Origin: an uncultured Actinomycetes bacterium
GTDB lineage: Bacteria > Actinomycetota > Thermoleophilia > UBA2241
NCBI GenBank assembly: GCA_963767005.1
Contig: CAVYCN010000002.1
Span: 320,001 to 384,000, forward strand
Reading direction: 5' to 3'
DNA length: 64,000 nt
Shown here one piece after another: positions 40,473-51,774 of this stretch; within the stretch, counting starts at the first letter, position 1; each line of letters begins with the position of its first letter. The notes beneath the pieces were generated by a model. That model was not told the origin of the DNA, made no database searches, and worked only from the letters and a program-made list of their open reading frames with translations. The position numbers and the translations under genes are program-made.

Positions 40473-41042
40473 GTGTTCGTCGTCCTGGGGCCGTCGGGCG
40501 CCGGGAAGGGGACCCTCATCGATCTCGCCCTTCGCTCGCTGCCGGGCGTCGTCACATCGGTGTCGGCGACCACGCGCGCGCCCCGCGCCGGCGAGATCGA
40601 CGGCACGCACTACCGGTTCCTGTCGCAGAGCGCGTTTCGCCGGGCCGTCGACGAGGGCAGGTTCCTCGAGTGGGCCGACTACGGCGGCAACCTCTACGGC
40701 ACGACTCGCGACGACGTGGAAGCCAAGCTCGCCGCAGGCTATGATGTGATCCTCGAGATCGACCTGCAGGGCGCGCGCGCGGTCCGCGCGGCCGTGCCCG
40801 ACGCCACCCTGATCTTCGTCGCGCCGCCGTCGATCGAGGAGCTCGGTCGGCGCCTGCGTGGCAGGGGGACCGACTCCGCGGCGGCGATCGCCCGCCGGCT
40901 CGAGATCGCGCGCGGCGAGCTCGCCGCGGCGCACGAGTTCGACGAGGTGATCGTCAACGACGACGCGAAGCAAGCGGCGGCGAGGCTGGCCGCGATCATC
41001 GCGGACCGCCGCGACGCAGAGAAACGACACAAAGGAGACTAG
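40473..41042 (+). CDS. gmk: Guanylate kinase (start may be CTG 40458)
   Basis: GPSGAGKGT, SATTRAPR, YGT and EIDLQGA motifs. Confidence 0.94.
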   Translation: MFVVLGPSGAGKGTLIDLALRSLPGVVTSVSATTRAPRAGEIDGTHYRFLSQSAFRRAVDEGRFLEWADYGGNLYGTTRDDVEAKLAAGYDVILEIDLQGARAVRAAVPDATLIFVAPPSIEELGRRLRGRGTDSAAAIARRLEIARGELAAAHEFDEVIVNDDAKQAAARLAAIIADRRDAEKRHKGD

Positions 41043-41275
41043 TGGACCGTCCCCGCATCGACGAGCTGCTGCCCCGCGCGGGCAACTCGCGCTACTCCCT
41101 CACGATCATCGCGGCCAAGCGCGCCCGCCAGATCAACAACTACTACAACTCACTCGGCGAGGGCCTGTTCGACGAGTTCCCGCCGCCCCTCGTGACGTCG
41201 CGCAGCAAGAACCTGCTGACGATCGCCTTCGAGGAGATCGCCGAGGGCAAGATCGACTTCGAGTCGAAGGCCTGA
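41042..41275 (+). CDS. rpoZ: RNA polymerase omega subunit
   Basis: SRYSL.IIAAKRARQINNYY..AFEEI.EG. Confidence 0.95.
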   Translation: MDRPRIDELLPRAGNSRYSLTIIAAKRARQINNYYNSLGEGLFDEFPPPLVTSRSKNLLTIAFEEIAEGKIDFESKA

Positions 41276-41291
41276 GCGGACCGCGCCGCGC

Positions 41292-42515
41292 GTGGCAGCC
41301 GTGACCGTCGTCGAGGCACATCCGCCCGAGCGCCACGTCCTCGTGGGCGTGAGCGGCGGCATCGCCATCTACAAGGCTGTTGAGCTCGTCCGCCTGCTCA
41401 CCAAAGAGGGCTTCGCGCCCACCGTCGTGGCCACCGAGGCCAGCAAGCGCTTCATCATGCCGCTGACCTTCGCCGCGGTGGCGCGCGCCGCCGTGCTCGA
41501 CGACGAGAGCTCGTGGCAGCCCTCGAGTGGCTGGTTCGAGCACATCGAGGCGGCCCGGCGCGCCGACGTCATGGTGATTGCGCCGGCGACCGCCAACACG
41601 GTCGCCAAGCTCGCCCACGGACTGGCCGACAACCTGCTGTCGGCGATCTACCTGGCCTTCCGCGGCCCCGTCATCGTGGCGCCGACCGCCAACTGGGCGA
41701 TGTACGAGCACCAGGCCACGCAGGGCAATCTCGCGATCTTGAGCGAGCGGGGCGTCGAGGTCCTGCCGACCGGCACCGGCGATCTCGCCTGCGGCGAGGA
41801 GGGCGCCGGTCGCATGGCCTCGCCCGACGTCATCATGGCGGCCGTACGGCGCGCCTTTGCCGGCCTCGCGGCCGGGCCGCTGTCCGGCCGCAAGGTCGTG
41901 GTGACCGCCGGCGGTACACGCGAGGCGATCGACGCCGTGCGCTACATCGGCAACCGCTCGAGCGGCAAGATGGGCCGAGCGGTGGCCGACGAGGCCTACC
42001 TGCGCGGCGCCGACGTCGTGCTCGTCACGACGCAGGCCGGCGCCGAGGTGCCCTACCGCAGGGTGATCGTCGAGTCGGCGACCGAGATGGCCGACGCGGT
42101 GAGCGGCGAGTGCGCCGACGCCGCGGTCCTCGTGATGGCCGCGGCCGTCGCCGACTATCGCCCGGTCTCGGTCGCCGAGGGCAAGCTCTCGCGCAGCGAC
42201 GAGCCCGAGCTCACGCTGCGGCTCGTGCCCACCGTCGACGTCCTCGCGACGACGCGGCGGCCCGGTCTCGTGCGGGTGGGCTTCGCCGCCGAGGCGGGGC
42301 CGCGCATCGACAGGGCGCGTGCCAAGAAGGCCGCCAAAGACGTCGAGATGCTGGTCTTCAACGACATCCTCGCCGCCGGCGTCGGCATCGGCTCCGACGA
42401 GAACGAGATCACTATCCTCACCACCGGGCGCGACGTGCACGTGCCGCGCACGAGCAAGGCGGCCTGCGCGAGGGCGATCCTCGACGAGCTCGAGGGCATC
42501 CTGACGGCCGGCTGA
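41292..42515 (+). CDS. coaBC: Phosphopantothenoylcysteine decarboxylase/synthetase
   Basis: GGIAIYK, APATAN, LACG..G.GR, TAGGTRE.ID.VR, NRSSGKMG and GFAAE motifs. Confidence 0.96.
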   Translation: MAAVTVVEAHPPERHVLVGVSGGIAIYKAVELVRLLTKEGFAPTVVATEASKRFIMPLTFAAVARAAVLDDESSWQPSSGWFEHIEAARRADVMVIAPATANTVAKLAHGLADNLLSAIYLAFRGPVIVAPTANWAMYEHQATQGNLAILSERGVEVLPTGTGDLACGEEGAGRMASPDVIMAAVRRAFAGLAAGPLSGRKVVVTAGGTREAIDAVRYIGNRSSGKMGRAVADEAYLRGADVVLVTTQAGAEVPYRRVIVESATEMADAVSGECADAAVLVMAAAVADYRPVSVAEGKLSRSDEPELTLRLVPTVDVLATTRRPGLVRVGFAAEAGPRIDRARAKKAAKDVEMLVFNDILAAGVGIGSDENEITILTTGRDVHVPRTSKAACARAILDELEGILTAG

Positions 42516-42604
42516 TCCCCGGTCGCGCGCCAGGAGCGCCCAGGGCCGGTGCAGCCACGCGGTCGGGCCGCGTCCGGCCGCGTCCGACAAGGAGGCAAGG
42601 GCAC

Positions 42605-43180
42605 ATGAGCGTCAGCCCCGCGACGCGCGCCGTGCTCGTCGGTCTCATCGGCGAGTCGGTCGCAAACGAGAACCTCCGCCGTCACATGCTGGCGACCGAG
42701 GCGGTCATGCGGGCGCTCGCCGAGCGCCTCGGCCACGATCCCGACCTCTGGGGTCTCGCCGGCCTCGCCCACGACCTCGACGCCGAAGAGACCGCGCACG
42801 ATGCCGCGCGCCACGGGGCGCAGGCGGCCGAGCGTCTGGCCGGCCTGGGCCTGCCCGACGAACTGGTGCACGCCGTCGCGGCCCACAACCCCGCGACGGG
42901 CACGGTCGTCGAGCGGCCGATCGACGTAGCCCTGATCGCCGCCGACCAGACGACCGGTCTGATCACCGCCGCCACGCTCGTGCGGCCCGACCGCGCGCTG
43001 CCCGAGGTCAAGCTGAAGTCCGTGCGCAAACGCATGCGCGAGGGCGCCTTCGCGCGCGGCGTCGACCGCGGCTCGATCGCGCGGTGCGAAGAGCTCGGTC
43101 TCGGCCTCGACGAGTTCCTCGATCTGGCGCTGCAGGCGATGCAGGGCGTCGCCGCCGACCTGGGGCTGGCCGGGGAGTGA
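42605..43180 (+). CDS. HD-superfamily (HDIG-type) hydrolase
   Basis: H...E..M, GLAHDLD, AAD.TGLI.A..LVRP and FARGVDR motifs; SD AGGAGG. Confidence 0.85.
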   Translation: MSVSPATRAVLVGLIGESVANENLRRHMLATEAVMRALAERLGHDPDLWGLAGLAHDLDAEETAHDAARHGAQAAERLAGLGLPDELVHAVAAHNPATGTVVERPIDVALIAADQTTGLITAATLVRPDRALPEVKLKSVRKRMREGAFARGVDRGSIARCEELGLGLDEFLDLALQAMQGVAADLGLAGE

Positions 43181-43605
43181 GCAGCGACACGGTCGGTGGC
43201 CCGCCGCGGTCCGGCGACTCGCAGGTCGCCCCGGTGGGCGGCGACGGCGACCGCGCCTACGAGTACTTCGAGAGAGGGCGGCGGTTCCTCGCCGAGCGTC
43301 ATCCGGCGCAGGCCGCCATGTACCTCGAGCGCGCCCGGGCGATCGCCCCCGACAAGAACTCGATCCGCGAGGCCCTCGGCCGCGCCTACTACGCGCTCGG
43401 GCGCTACGACGGCGCGGCGCGCGAGTTCGCGGAGATCGTCGGCCGGGCGCCGGCCACCGACTACGCGCATTTCGCCCTCGCGCGCTGCCTGCTGAAGCTG
43501 GGCGACGTGTCCGGTGCGCGTCGCGAGGCGCGTCTCGCCGTGGCGATGGCGCCCGGCAACGACGACTACCGCCAGGCGCTCGACGACTGCCTCGAGGCCG
43601 GCTGA
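43177..43605 (+). CDS. Tetratricopeptide repeat protein
   Basis: About 3 TPR motifs (EALGRAYY..G.Y..A...F; YAHFALARCL); GTGA overlap with the HD gene. Confidence 0.85.
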   Translation: MSSDTVGGPPRSGDSQVAPVGGDGDRAYEYFERGRRFLAERHPAQAAMYLERARAIAPDKNSIREALGRAYYALGRYDGAAREFAEIVGRAPATDYAHFALARCLLKLGDVSGARREARLAVAMAPGNDDYRQALDDCLEAG

Positions 43606-43687
43606 GGATCTGCGCGGCGCGCGACCGCGAGCCCGGGGGGTGCGGCCGGCGCGGGGAACGGGGGCGGCGTGAGCGCCGCCGCGAGGC

Positions 43688-44665
43688 TCAGGCTCTCGGG
43701 GTCTGCTGCGGCGCCGCGCTGGGCGGCGTGAGCGCGTCGCTGCCGGCGTGCGCCATGTCGAGCAGGATCTGGATGCGCTTCTGGATGGGCGGATGCGTGT
43801 CGAACAGGCCGGCCGATTCGCGCGTCTTGCGCCCCTTGAGGGGGTTGGCGATATAGAGGTGCGCGGTGGCCCTCGTCGCGACCTGCAAGGGGCGCGGGTC
43901 GGCGGCGATCTTCTGCAGGGCGTGGGCGAGACCGAGCGGGTTGCGCGTGAGCTCGACGCCGCTCGCGTCGGCTAAGTACTCGCGGTGGCGCGAGACGGCG
44001 AGCTGCACCATCCAGGCGAAGAACGGGGCGAGGATGGCGAGCACGATGGCGATCAGAAAGAAGATCGCCCCTGCGCCGCCGCCGCTGTCGTTGTTACTGC
44101 GGCGGCCGCCGCCGAAGCCGCCGAAGAACGTGAAGCGCAGGAAGAAGTCGGCGATCAGGGCGATCATGCCGACGAGCACGCCGACGAGCGTCGCGAAGCG
44201 GATGTCGAAGTTGCGCACGTGCGACATCTCGTGGGCGATCACACCCTGGAGCTCGTCGCGGCTCATCATCTGGAGAAGGCCGGCCGTGACCGCGACCGAG
44301 GCGTGCTTGGGGTCGCGGCCCGTGGCGAAGGCGTTGGGCGCCGCGTCGGCGATGACGTACACGGTCGGCATCGGGATGCCGGCGGCGATCGACATCTCCT
44401 CGACCACGTCCCAGAGGATCGGGGCCTGATCGCGCGTGATGCGCTGCGCGCGACTCGCGGCCAGGACGATGCCGGCCCCGCCGTAGTAGCCGATCAGGCT
44501 CCAGACGATCGCGACGATGCCGAAGACACCGAGCAGCCCGATGCCGCCCGTGTACGTACGGAAGGCGGCCACGCCGATGGCGAAGCCGAGCGTGAGTAAC
44601 ACGGCGAGGATGACGGCGACCAGGAAGACCGAGTCGCGCTTGTTGCGGGCGATCTGCTCGTACAT
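43688..44665 (-). CDS. htpX: M48 family zinc metalloprotease HtpX
   Basis: PNAFATG, AHEMSH, SRHREYLAD and FDTHPP motifs. Confidence 0.92.
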   Translation of the reverse strand: MYEQIARNKRDSVFLVAVILAVLLTLGFAIGVAAFRTYTGGIGLLGVFGIVAIVWSLIGYYGGAGIVLAASRAQRITRDQAPILWDVVEEMSIAAGIPMPTVYVIADAAPNAFATGRDPKHASVAVTAGLLQMMSRDELQGVIAHEMSHVRNFDIRFATLVGVLVGMIALIADFFLRFTFFGGFGGGRRSNNDSGGGAGAIFFLIAIVLAILAPFFAWMVQLAVSRHREYLADASGVELTRNPLGLAHALQKIAADPRPLQVATRATAHLYIANPLKGRKTRESAGLFDTHPPIQKRIQILLDMAHAGSDALTPPSAAPQQTPRA

Positions 44666-44698
44666 GCCGGGAACGGCGCTCCTTCAGCCGGCCGTCGC

Positions 44699-45394
44699 CT
44701 ACTGCTGCGGCGTGGGCGGCTGCTGCGGCGGCGCCGGGGGTTGCTGGGCGACCGGCGGCTGCGCCAGGGGTGCGGGCTGCGGGGCCGGCGCGACCGGGGC
44801 CGCGGGCTGCTGGAGCTGCACCGCGGGCGCCGAGAGGCCCAGGTCGACCTTCGGCACCTCGCGGTCGGCCGCTTCGCCTTCGAAGAACTGGCGCGCCGTG
44901 AAGTTGAACATGCCGGCGATCGTGTTGGCCGGGAACGACTGGATCTTCGTGTTGTAGCTCATGACGCTGTCGTTGTAGAACTGGCGCGCGAACGAGATCT
45001 TGTTCTCGGTCGTGGTGAGCTCCTCTTGCAGCGAGATCACGTTCTGGTTCGCCTTCAGGTCGGGGTAGTTCTCGACGACGGCGAACAGCGAGCGCAGCGT
45101 CTGGGTCAGCGTGTTCTCGGCCTGTGCCTGGGCGGCAGGGCCCTGCGCGCCGGCGGCCACCGCGGCGGCCCGTGCGTTGGTCACCTTGGTCAGGGTGTCC
45201 TGCTCGAACTGCATGTAGCCCTTGACCGACTCGACCAGGTTGGGGATGAGGTCGTGCCGGCGCTTGAGCTGCACGTCGATCTGGCTCCAGGCGTTGTCGA
45301 CCTGGTTGCGCCCGCGTACGAGGCCGTTGTAGGTGGCCCACAGTGCGAGCGCGAGCACCACGACGATCACGATCACCACGATGACTGCAGTCAC
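44699..45394 (-). CDS. lemA: LemA family protein with Pro/Gln-rich tail
   Basis: AWSQIDVQLKRR.DLIPNLV, ENYPDLKAN and ENKISFARQFYN motifs. Confidence 0.93.
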   Translation of the reverse strand: MTAVIVVIVIVVVLALALWATYNGLVRGRNQVDNAWSQIDVQLKRRHDLIPNLVESVKGYMQFEQDTLTKVTNARAAAVAAGAQGPAAQAQAENTLTQTLRSLFAVVENYPDLKANQNVISLQEELTTTENKISFARQFYNDSVMSYNTKIQSFPANTIAGMFNFTARQFFEGEAADREVPKVDLGLSAPAVQLQQPAAPVAPAPQPAPLAQPPVAQQPPAPPQQPPTPQQ

Positions 45395-45549
45395 GACGAT
45401 TCGCTCCTTTTGAAGGTCTTGTCCCTGCGCGTTCTACCCATTCTACGTCAGACGCTCGCAGGCGAGTGGGTGCCGGCGGGCGGAGCGGCGTCGCAGGTCC
45501 TCCCGTACACTGAAACGTTCCCGTGAACGGAGATGCTATGCTGGCCGCC

Positions 45550-46359
45550 ATGAACGGCGACGAAAGACCGCGCGGTCGGGCCGCGCGCCGCGCGCCGCTC
45601 AGGTTCGCGGCCGTCGCCGTCGCCTTGGCCGTGCTGGCCGGCGGCGGCTGGGCCGTGGTGCGCGCCCGCGCGGCCGGCGCCGCTCTGCCGCCGCTGCCGC
45701 CCGCGCCCGCCGTGTCGCCGGGCCCCAGCGCGAGCTCCGTCCCAGCGGTGCAGGGCTGGCAGGTCGCCAAGGCCGTCGGGCCGGTCGTCGCCTACCGGCG
45801 ACCCTCCACGTCGGCGCCCGTGCGCCAGCGCTTCGGTATCCTCAACCCGAGCGGCTATCCGAGCGTCTTTCTGGTGCGCGGCGTGCGCGAGGTCGGCGGT
45901 GTCACCTGGTACGACGTCTGGCTGCCCATCAGGCCGAACGAGAGTCACGGCTGGATCCGCCAGGGCGGCGTGTCGATCTACACGACGACCGCCAAGATCG
46001 TCGTGCACCTCGCCACCCATCGACTGGTCGTCTACCGCCGCGGCGTCGAGGTCGGCAGCTTCCCGGTCGCGGTCGGCATGCCGTCGCTGCCCACGCCTCG
46101 CGGGATCTACTATATCGACGAAAAGCTCCTGCCGGACGCGCCGGGCGGGCCCTACGGCGTCCTTGCCCTGGGCCTCAGCGCGTTCCAGCCGCGGCTGCCG
46201 AACTGGCCGCTCGGCGGCCCGGTGGCGATCCACGGCACCAACGAGGACGCGCTGATCGGCCAGGCCATCAGCCACGGCTGCATCCGCATGCACAACGCCG
46301 ACGTGCTCAAGGTGAGCGCCTGGGTGCCGACCGGCAGCCCGGTGGTCGTCGAACGCTAG
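45550..46359 (+). CDS. L,D-transpeptidase (YkuD domain) with N-terminal membrane anchor
   Basis: TPRG and AIHGT..SHGCIRM motifs. Start ATG 45550 is 7 nt after TGc-TATGCT. Confidence 0.9.
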   Translation: MNGDERPRGRAARRAPLRFAAVAVALAVLAGGGWAVVRARAAGAALPPLPPAPAVSPGPSASSVPAVQGWQVAKAVGPVVAYRRPSTSAPVRQRFGILNPSGYPSVFLVRGVREVGGVTWYDVWLPIRPNESHGWIRQGGVSIYTTTAKIVVHLATHRLVVYRRGVEVGSFPVAVGMPSLPTPRGIYYIDEKLLPDAPGGPYGVLALGLSAFQPRLPNWPLGGPVAIHGTNEDALIGQAISHGCIRMHNADVLKVSAWVPTGSPVVVER

Positions 46360-46367
46360 CGCACAAA

Positions 46368-46409
46368 CGACGCGGGCGGGGCGGCCCAGAGGGCGCCCCG
46401 CCCGCGTCG
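46368..46409. terminator. Bidirectional hairpin between convergent genes
   Basis: CGACGCGGGCGGGGCG / CGCCCCGCCCGCGTCG, 16-bp stem. Confidence 0.65.
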
Positions 46410-46437
46410 CGCCGCCGCCGCGACAGCGAGAAGGGCC

Positions 46438-46722
46438 TCACCAATACTCGCCCTGAATGAGCTGCATGTCCTTGGCCTTGCACTTGGGGCAGGTGTACGA
46501 CTGCGCCTTCTCGAGGAAGAAGAGCTCGCTGCCGCAGGTCTCGCAATGGAATTCGTCGACGATGATGTCGGCACCGGTCAGGTCGACCGAGGCGATACAC
46601 TTGCACTGCACGCAGACGGCGGGCATGAAGCGCTTGCGCGGGTCGGTCACACTCACGCCCCAGCGGATCTTGTCGGTCGTGTAGCCGCATTCCCGGCACA
46701 CGAAAGTGGTGTATTCTCCCAT
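46438..46722 (-). CDS. Small Zn-ribbon protein (4 x CxxC), function unknown
   Basis: CREC, CVQC, CETC and CPKC in 94 aa; SD GAGGGG; composition unlike the shadow ORFs. Confidence 0.8.
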   Translation of the reverse strand: MGEYTTFVCRECGYTTDKIRWGVSVTDPRKRFMPAVCVQCKCIASVDLTGADIIVDEFHCETCGSELFFLEKAQSYTCPKCKAKDMQLIQGEYW

Positions 46723-46772
46723 GCTCGCAGCCCCTCGCTCGGTCGCCCGTCGCGGTCGTGGTCCGGGGCAGG

Positions 46773-46801
46773 GTATCGGCAGATTTGTGCCGCTCGTTGA
46801 G
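46773..46801 (-). promoter_or_regulatory. Putative sigma28 (FliA/WhiG)-type promoter
   Basis: Minus strand reads CTCAA-16 nt-GCCGATAC, about 50 nt upstream of the Zn-ribbon ATG. Confidence 0.5.
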
Positions 46802-46823
46802 CGAAAAGGCGGCTGCCGCCGCC

Positions 46824-46855
46824 TTGATTAGTCTTCGAGGCGGGTGGTATATACT
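46824..46855 (+). promoter_or_regulatory. Promoter of rimP-nusA-infB operon
   Basis: TTGATT ... TGG-TATATACT. Confidence 0.65.
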
Positions 46856-46898
46856 GAGGCACGACGAAACGGACAACCGGGAGGCGAAGGCTTTCGAG

Positions 46899-46929
46899 AA
46901 GTGGGTGCGGGTCGCCCACTTTTGTTTTG
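46899..46929 (+). promoter_or_regulatory. rimP leader hairpin / attenuator
   Basis: AAGTGGG-tgcgggtcg-CCCACTT followed by T-rich tract, just before the rimP SD. Confidence 0.7.
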
Positions 46930-46934
46930 TGGAG

Positions 46935-47398
46935 ATGAGCACACGCGACCAGCACCGGCAGCTCGTGACCGAGGTCGAGGCCCGGCTGGCCGGGCCCCTG
47001 CCCGACGTCGAGGTCGTCGCGGTCGACGTCCAGGGCGGACGCGGGGCGCGTCTCACCGTCTACATCGACCGACCCGGAGGCGTCGACCTCGGTCTGTGCG
47101 AGGCGGTCGCGCGCGAGCTCGACGACCTGCGTGAGCGCTATGCGCTCGACGTCTCGTCGCCCGGCCTCGACCGGCCGTTGCGTACGGTCGCGCAGTTCGA
47201 GCGGGCGACCGGCGAGCGCGTGTACGTGAAGACCGACGTGCGCCTCGACGGGCGCGCGGTCTTCCGGGGCCGGCTGACGGGAGCCGGCGCGGCCGCCGTG
47301 ACACTGGCGCTCGACGAGGGCGCGGCGGTCGAGATCCCGTTCGACACGATAGCGAAGGCCCACGTGATCTTCGAGTTCGACGACACCGGAGGGCATCA

Positions 47399-47402
<4 letters not shown>
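46935..47402 (+). CDS. rimP: Ribosome maturation factor RimP
   Basis: VYID..GGV....C..V...LD..Y.LDVSSPGLDRPL. Confidence 0.94.
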
Positions 47403-48615
<1,213 letters not shown>

Positions 48616-48619
<4 letters not shown>

Positions 48620-48900
48620 CGGCGCCTCGCATGAGCGTGCCACGGCGCACCTGCGTGGGGTGTCGCCAGGCAGCCCCGAGCGACGCTCTCGTCCGTCTCA
48701 CGCTGCGCGACGGCCAGGTCGAGGTGGCCGCGCCGCGCCCCAGCGGGCGCGGCGCCTGGTTGTGCCCCGAGCCCGAGTGTCTCGACCGGGCCGCGCGGCG
48801 GCGCGCTCTCGAGCGCGCGCTGCGCGCCCGCGTGTCCATCGATCCCGATCTGCGCAGGCGCTTCACCGACGTCTGCGAGCAGCGAAAGGCGGTGAGGTAA
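48616..48900 (+). CDS. ylxR: YlxR/RnpM family RNA-binding protein
   Basis: PRRTCVGCR and GRGAWLC motifs. Confidence 0.9.
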
Positions 48901-50982
48901 GTGGCCCGCATGATCCCAGTCGCGCAGATCGCCGAACAGCGCGGCACCACCGTCGCCGACGTGCTCGCTCATCTGCGACGCGCCGGTGTGGAGCTCGCCC
49001 AGGGCCAGCTCGAGGTCGACGAACAGCTCGTCGAGCGCGCCTACGCCGCGACGGGCGGCGCCCGTCGCGGCCGTCCCGGCGGCGGCGGCGGCGGACGCCG
49101 ACGCCGCGTCGTGATCGACGCGCAGGCGTCGCGTCGCGGTCCCGGACCGCAGGGAGACCGGCGCGGCCGGCGCGACCGCCAGCAGCCGGGCGACCGCGCC
49201 GAGTCGACGCCGGCCGCGCCGGTCGAGGGCCAGGTCGTCAAGGTGCCCTCGGGCTCGAGCGTGAAAGACGTCTCGCAGCTGCTCGGCGTGTCCACCGCCG
49301 AGATCATCAAGCGGATGATGGGCTACGGTGAGATGGCGACCATCACGCAGCCGCTGTCCGACGAGGCCATGACCATCCTTGCCGACGACTTCAAGCGCAC
49401 CATCGAGATCACTCACGCCGCCGACGAGGAAGGCGAGGTCGACGAGACGCCCGAGGACCGTCCCGAGGACCTCAAGCGCCGGCCGCCGGTGATCACCGTC
49501 ATGGGCCACGTCGACCACGGCAAGACGAGTCTGCTCGACGCGATCCGCGAGACCTCGGTGGCCGCCGGCGAGGCGGGCGGCATCACTCAGCACATCGGCG
49601 CCTATCAGGTCGCGCACGACGGCAAGACGATCACGTTCCTCGACACGCCGGGCCACGAGGCCTTTACGGCCATGCGCGCCCGCGGCGCCAAGGTGACCGA
49701 CATCGCCGCGATCGTCGTGGCCGCCGACGACGGCGTCATGCCGCAGACCGTCGAGGCCATCGACCACGCCAAGGCGGCCGGCGTGCCGATCGTCATCGTG
49801 ATCAACAAGATCGACAAGCCCGACGCCAACGTCGAGAAGATCAAGCAGCAGCTCACCGAGTTCAGCATCGTGCCCGAAGCGTGGGGCGGCGATACGGTCT
49901 TCGTCGAGGCCAGCGCGAAGCAGCGCATCGGCCTCGACAACTTCCTCGATATGCTCCAGCTCGTGGCCGATGTGGCCGACCTCAAGGCCAACCCCGACAC
50001 CGCGGCGAGCGGCGTCATCATCGAGGCCAAGGTCGACGTCGGCCGGGGCGTCGTCGCCACCATGCTGGTCGGACGCGGCACCATCCACGTCGGCGACGCC
50101 GTCGTCGCCGGCGAGGCCAGCGGCCGCGTGCGCGCCATGCACGACTTCCGCGGCAAGCCGGTCAAGGTGGCGGGGCCCTCGGTGCCGGTCGAGATCATCG
50201 GCTTCGACTCGGTGCCCGAGGCCGGCGAGTTCTGCCGCGTCGTCAAGGACGAGAAGGCGGCCCGCGTGGTGGCCAACCGGCGCACCAACCGGCTGCGCGC
50301 CGAGGAGCTCGCCAAGCAGCACTCGCTGACCCTCGACGACCTCTACGCGCGTATCGCGCAGGGCGAGGTCGCCGAGCTCAACCTCGTGCTCAAGGCCGAC
50401 GTCCAGGGCAGCATCGAGGCGCTCGCCGACGCCCTCCTGCAGATCAGCCACGACGAGGTCAAGGTACGCATCATCCACTCGGGCGTGGGCGGCATCAACG
50501 AGTCCGACGTGATGCTGGCGACCGCCTCGAAGGCCATCATCATCGGCTTCAACGTGCGGCCCAACGCGCCGGCCGCGGCGCTCGCCGAGTCCGAGGGTGT
50601 CGACATCCGCACGTACCGCGTCATCTACAAGGTGACCGAGGACGTGCAGGCCGCCCTGGTCGGGCTCCTCAAGCCCGAGGTCGTCGAGGAGGTGCTCGGC
50701 CAAGCCGAGGTCCGCCAGCTGTTCAAGGTCTCCCGGCTGGGCACGATCGCGGGCTGCTACGTGACGCGCGGCAAGATCACGCGCACGGCCAGCATCCGCG
50801 TGCTGCGCGACGGCGTGGTCGTCCACGACGGCAGGATCGCCTCGCTCAAGCGCTTCAACGAAGACGCCCGCGAGGCGCTCGAGGGCTTCGAATGCGGCAT
50901 CCTGCTCGACGGCTTCAACGACCTCAAAGAGGGGGACATGCTGGAGGCGTACGAGACGAAGGAAGTCGCCCGTGGCGGGTGA
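48901..50982 (+). CDS. infB: Translation initiation factor IF-2
   Basis: [25 protein letters not shown] and NKID motifs. Confidence 0.98.
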   Translation: MARMIPVAQIAEQRGTTVADVLAHLRRAGVELAQGQLEVDEQLVERAYAATGGARRGRPGGGGGGRRRRVVIDAQASRRGPGPQGDRRGRRDRQQPGDRAESTPAAPVEGQVVKVPSGSSVKDVSQLLGVSTAEIIKRMMGYGEMATITQPLSDEAMTILADDFKRTIEITHAADEEGEVDETPEDRPEDLKRRPPVITVMGHVDHGKTSLLDAIRETSVAAGEAGGITQHIGAYQVAHDGKTITFLDTPGHEAFTAMRARGAKVTDIAAIVVAADDGVMPQTVEAIDHAKAAGVPIVIVINKIDKPDANVEKIKQQLTEFSIVPEAWGGDTVFVEASAKQRIGLDNFLDMLQLVADVADLKANPDTAASGVIIEAKVDVGRGVVATMLVGRGTIHVGDAVVAGEASGRVRAMHDFRGKPVKVAGPSVPVEIIGFDSVPEAGEFCRVVKDEKAARVVANRRTNRLRAEELAKQHSLTLDDLYARIAQGEVAELNLVLKADVQGSIEALADALLQISHDEVKVRIIHSGVGGINESDVMLATASKAIIIGFNVRPNAPAAALAESEGVDIRTYRVIYKVTEDVQAALVGLLKPEVVEEVLGQAEVRQLFKVSRLGTIAGCYVTRGKITRTASIRVLRDGVVVHDGRIASLKRFNEDAREALEGFECGILLDGFNDLKEGDMLEAYETKEVARGG

Positions 50983-51295
50983 GGCGCACGTCGGCGTGCT
51001 GCTCGCCGAGCTGCACTTTCCGGCGAGTCGCTCGCTCAAGGCCAAACGACAACCGCTGACCTCGCTGCGCGACACCGTGCAGCACCGCTTCCGGGCCTCC
51101 TTCGCCGAGGTCGGCCGGCACGACAGCTGGCAGCTCGCCGAGGTGCTGGTCGTCCTCGCCGCGTCGTCGGGGCGGCAGGCCAGCGAGCGCATCGACGAGA
51201 TCGACCGGTACCTGCACGGTCGCGAGTTCGAGGTGTCGCGGGTCATGGTGAAGTCGGTCGACCCGGTCGAGGCCCTGTGGGACACAGGCTCCTGA
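50972..51295 (+). CDS. DUF503 (YlxP) family protein
   Basis: SLKAKR..RF..S.AEV..HD.WQ; located between infB and rbfA. Confidence 0.88.
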   Translation: MAGEAHVGVLLAELHFPASRSLKAKRQPLTSLRDTVQHRFRASFAEVGRHDSWQLAEVLVVLAASSGRQASERIDEIDRYLHGREFEVSRVMVKSVDPVEALWDTGS

Positions 51296-51774
51296 AGGTT
51301 AACGAGGCGCTGCGCGAGGTGCTGTCGCGCGAGATCGCCGGTCTCAAGGACCCACGCGTCGGCTTCGTCACGGTGACCGGCGTGCTGACCTCGAACGACC
51401 TGCGCCACGCGAAGGTCTTCGTGAGCGTGCTCGGCAGCGCCCGCGAGCGCGAGCGTTCGCTCGACGGCCTGCGCGCCGCCCACGGCTTCCTGCAGGAGCG
51501 GATCGCCGTCGACGTGCGCATCAAGCGCACGCCGCAGCTGCGGTTCCTCTACGACGAGTCGATCGACCGCGGCCAGCGCATCGAGAGCCTGCTCAAGCGC
51601 TACGAGGACGAGCTCGGGGGCGAGCCCGCCGCTCCCGGCGAAGGCACCGAGGAGGCCGTCCAGGTCGGGGGGCCGGTGCCCGGCGAAGGCGGCGAGGAGG
51701 TCGTTCAGGGCGAGGAGCCCGCGCCCGGCGGTGGCGGCGCAGAGGCCGGACCCGACGACGTGGAGGAGCCATGA
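51277..51774 (+). CDS. rbfA: Ribosome-binding factor A with acidic repeat tail
   Basis: KDPRVG.VTVT.V....DL..AKVFVS and RTPQLRF..D motifs. Confidence 0.94.
   Translation: MGHRLLKVNEALREVLSREIAGLKDPRVGFVTVTGVLTSNDLRHAKVFVSVLGSARERERSLDGLRAAHGFLQERIAVDVRIKRTPQLRFLYDESIDRGQRIESLLKRYEDELGGEPAAPGEGTEEAVQVGGPVPGEGGEEVVQGEEPAPGGGGAEAGPDDVEEP
51634..51747 (+). repeat. About 2.5 x 45-bp imperfect tandem repeat in rbfA tail
   Basis: CCCGGCG(A/G) units at 51634, 51679 and 51724, giving PGEGTEEAVQ.., PGEGGEEVVQ.., PGGGGAEA. Confidence 0.75.

Noticed and set aside
42605-45394. HD-TPR and LemA-HtpX pairs as a novel defence system
   Set aside because: These are common chromosomal families, LemA-HtpX linkage is well known, and there are no mobility or compositional signals.
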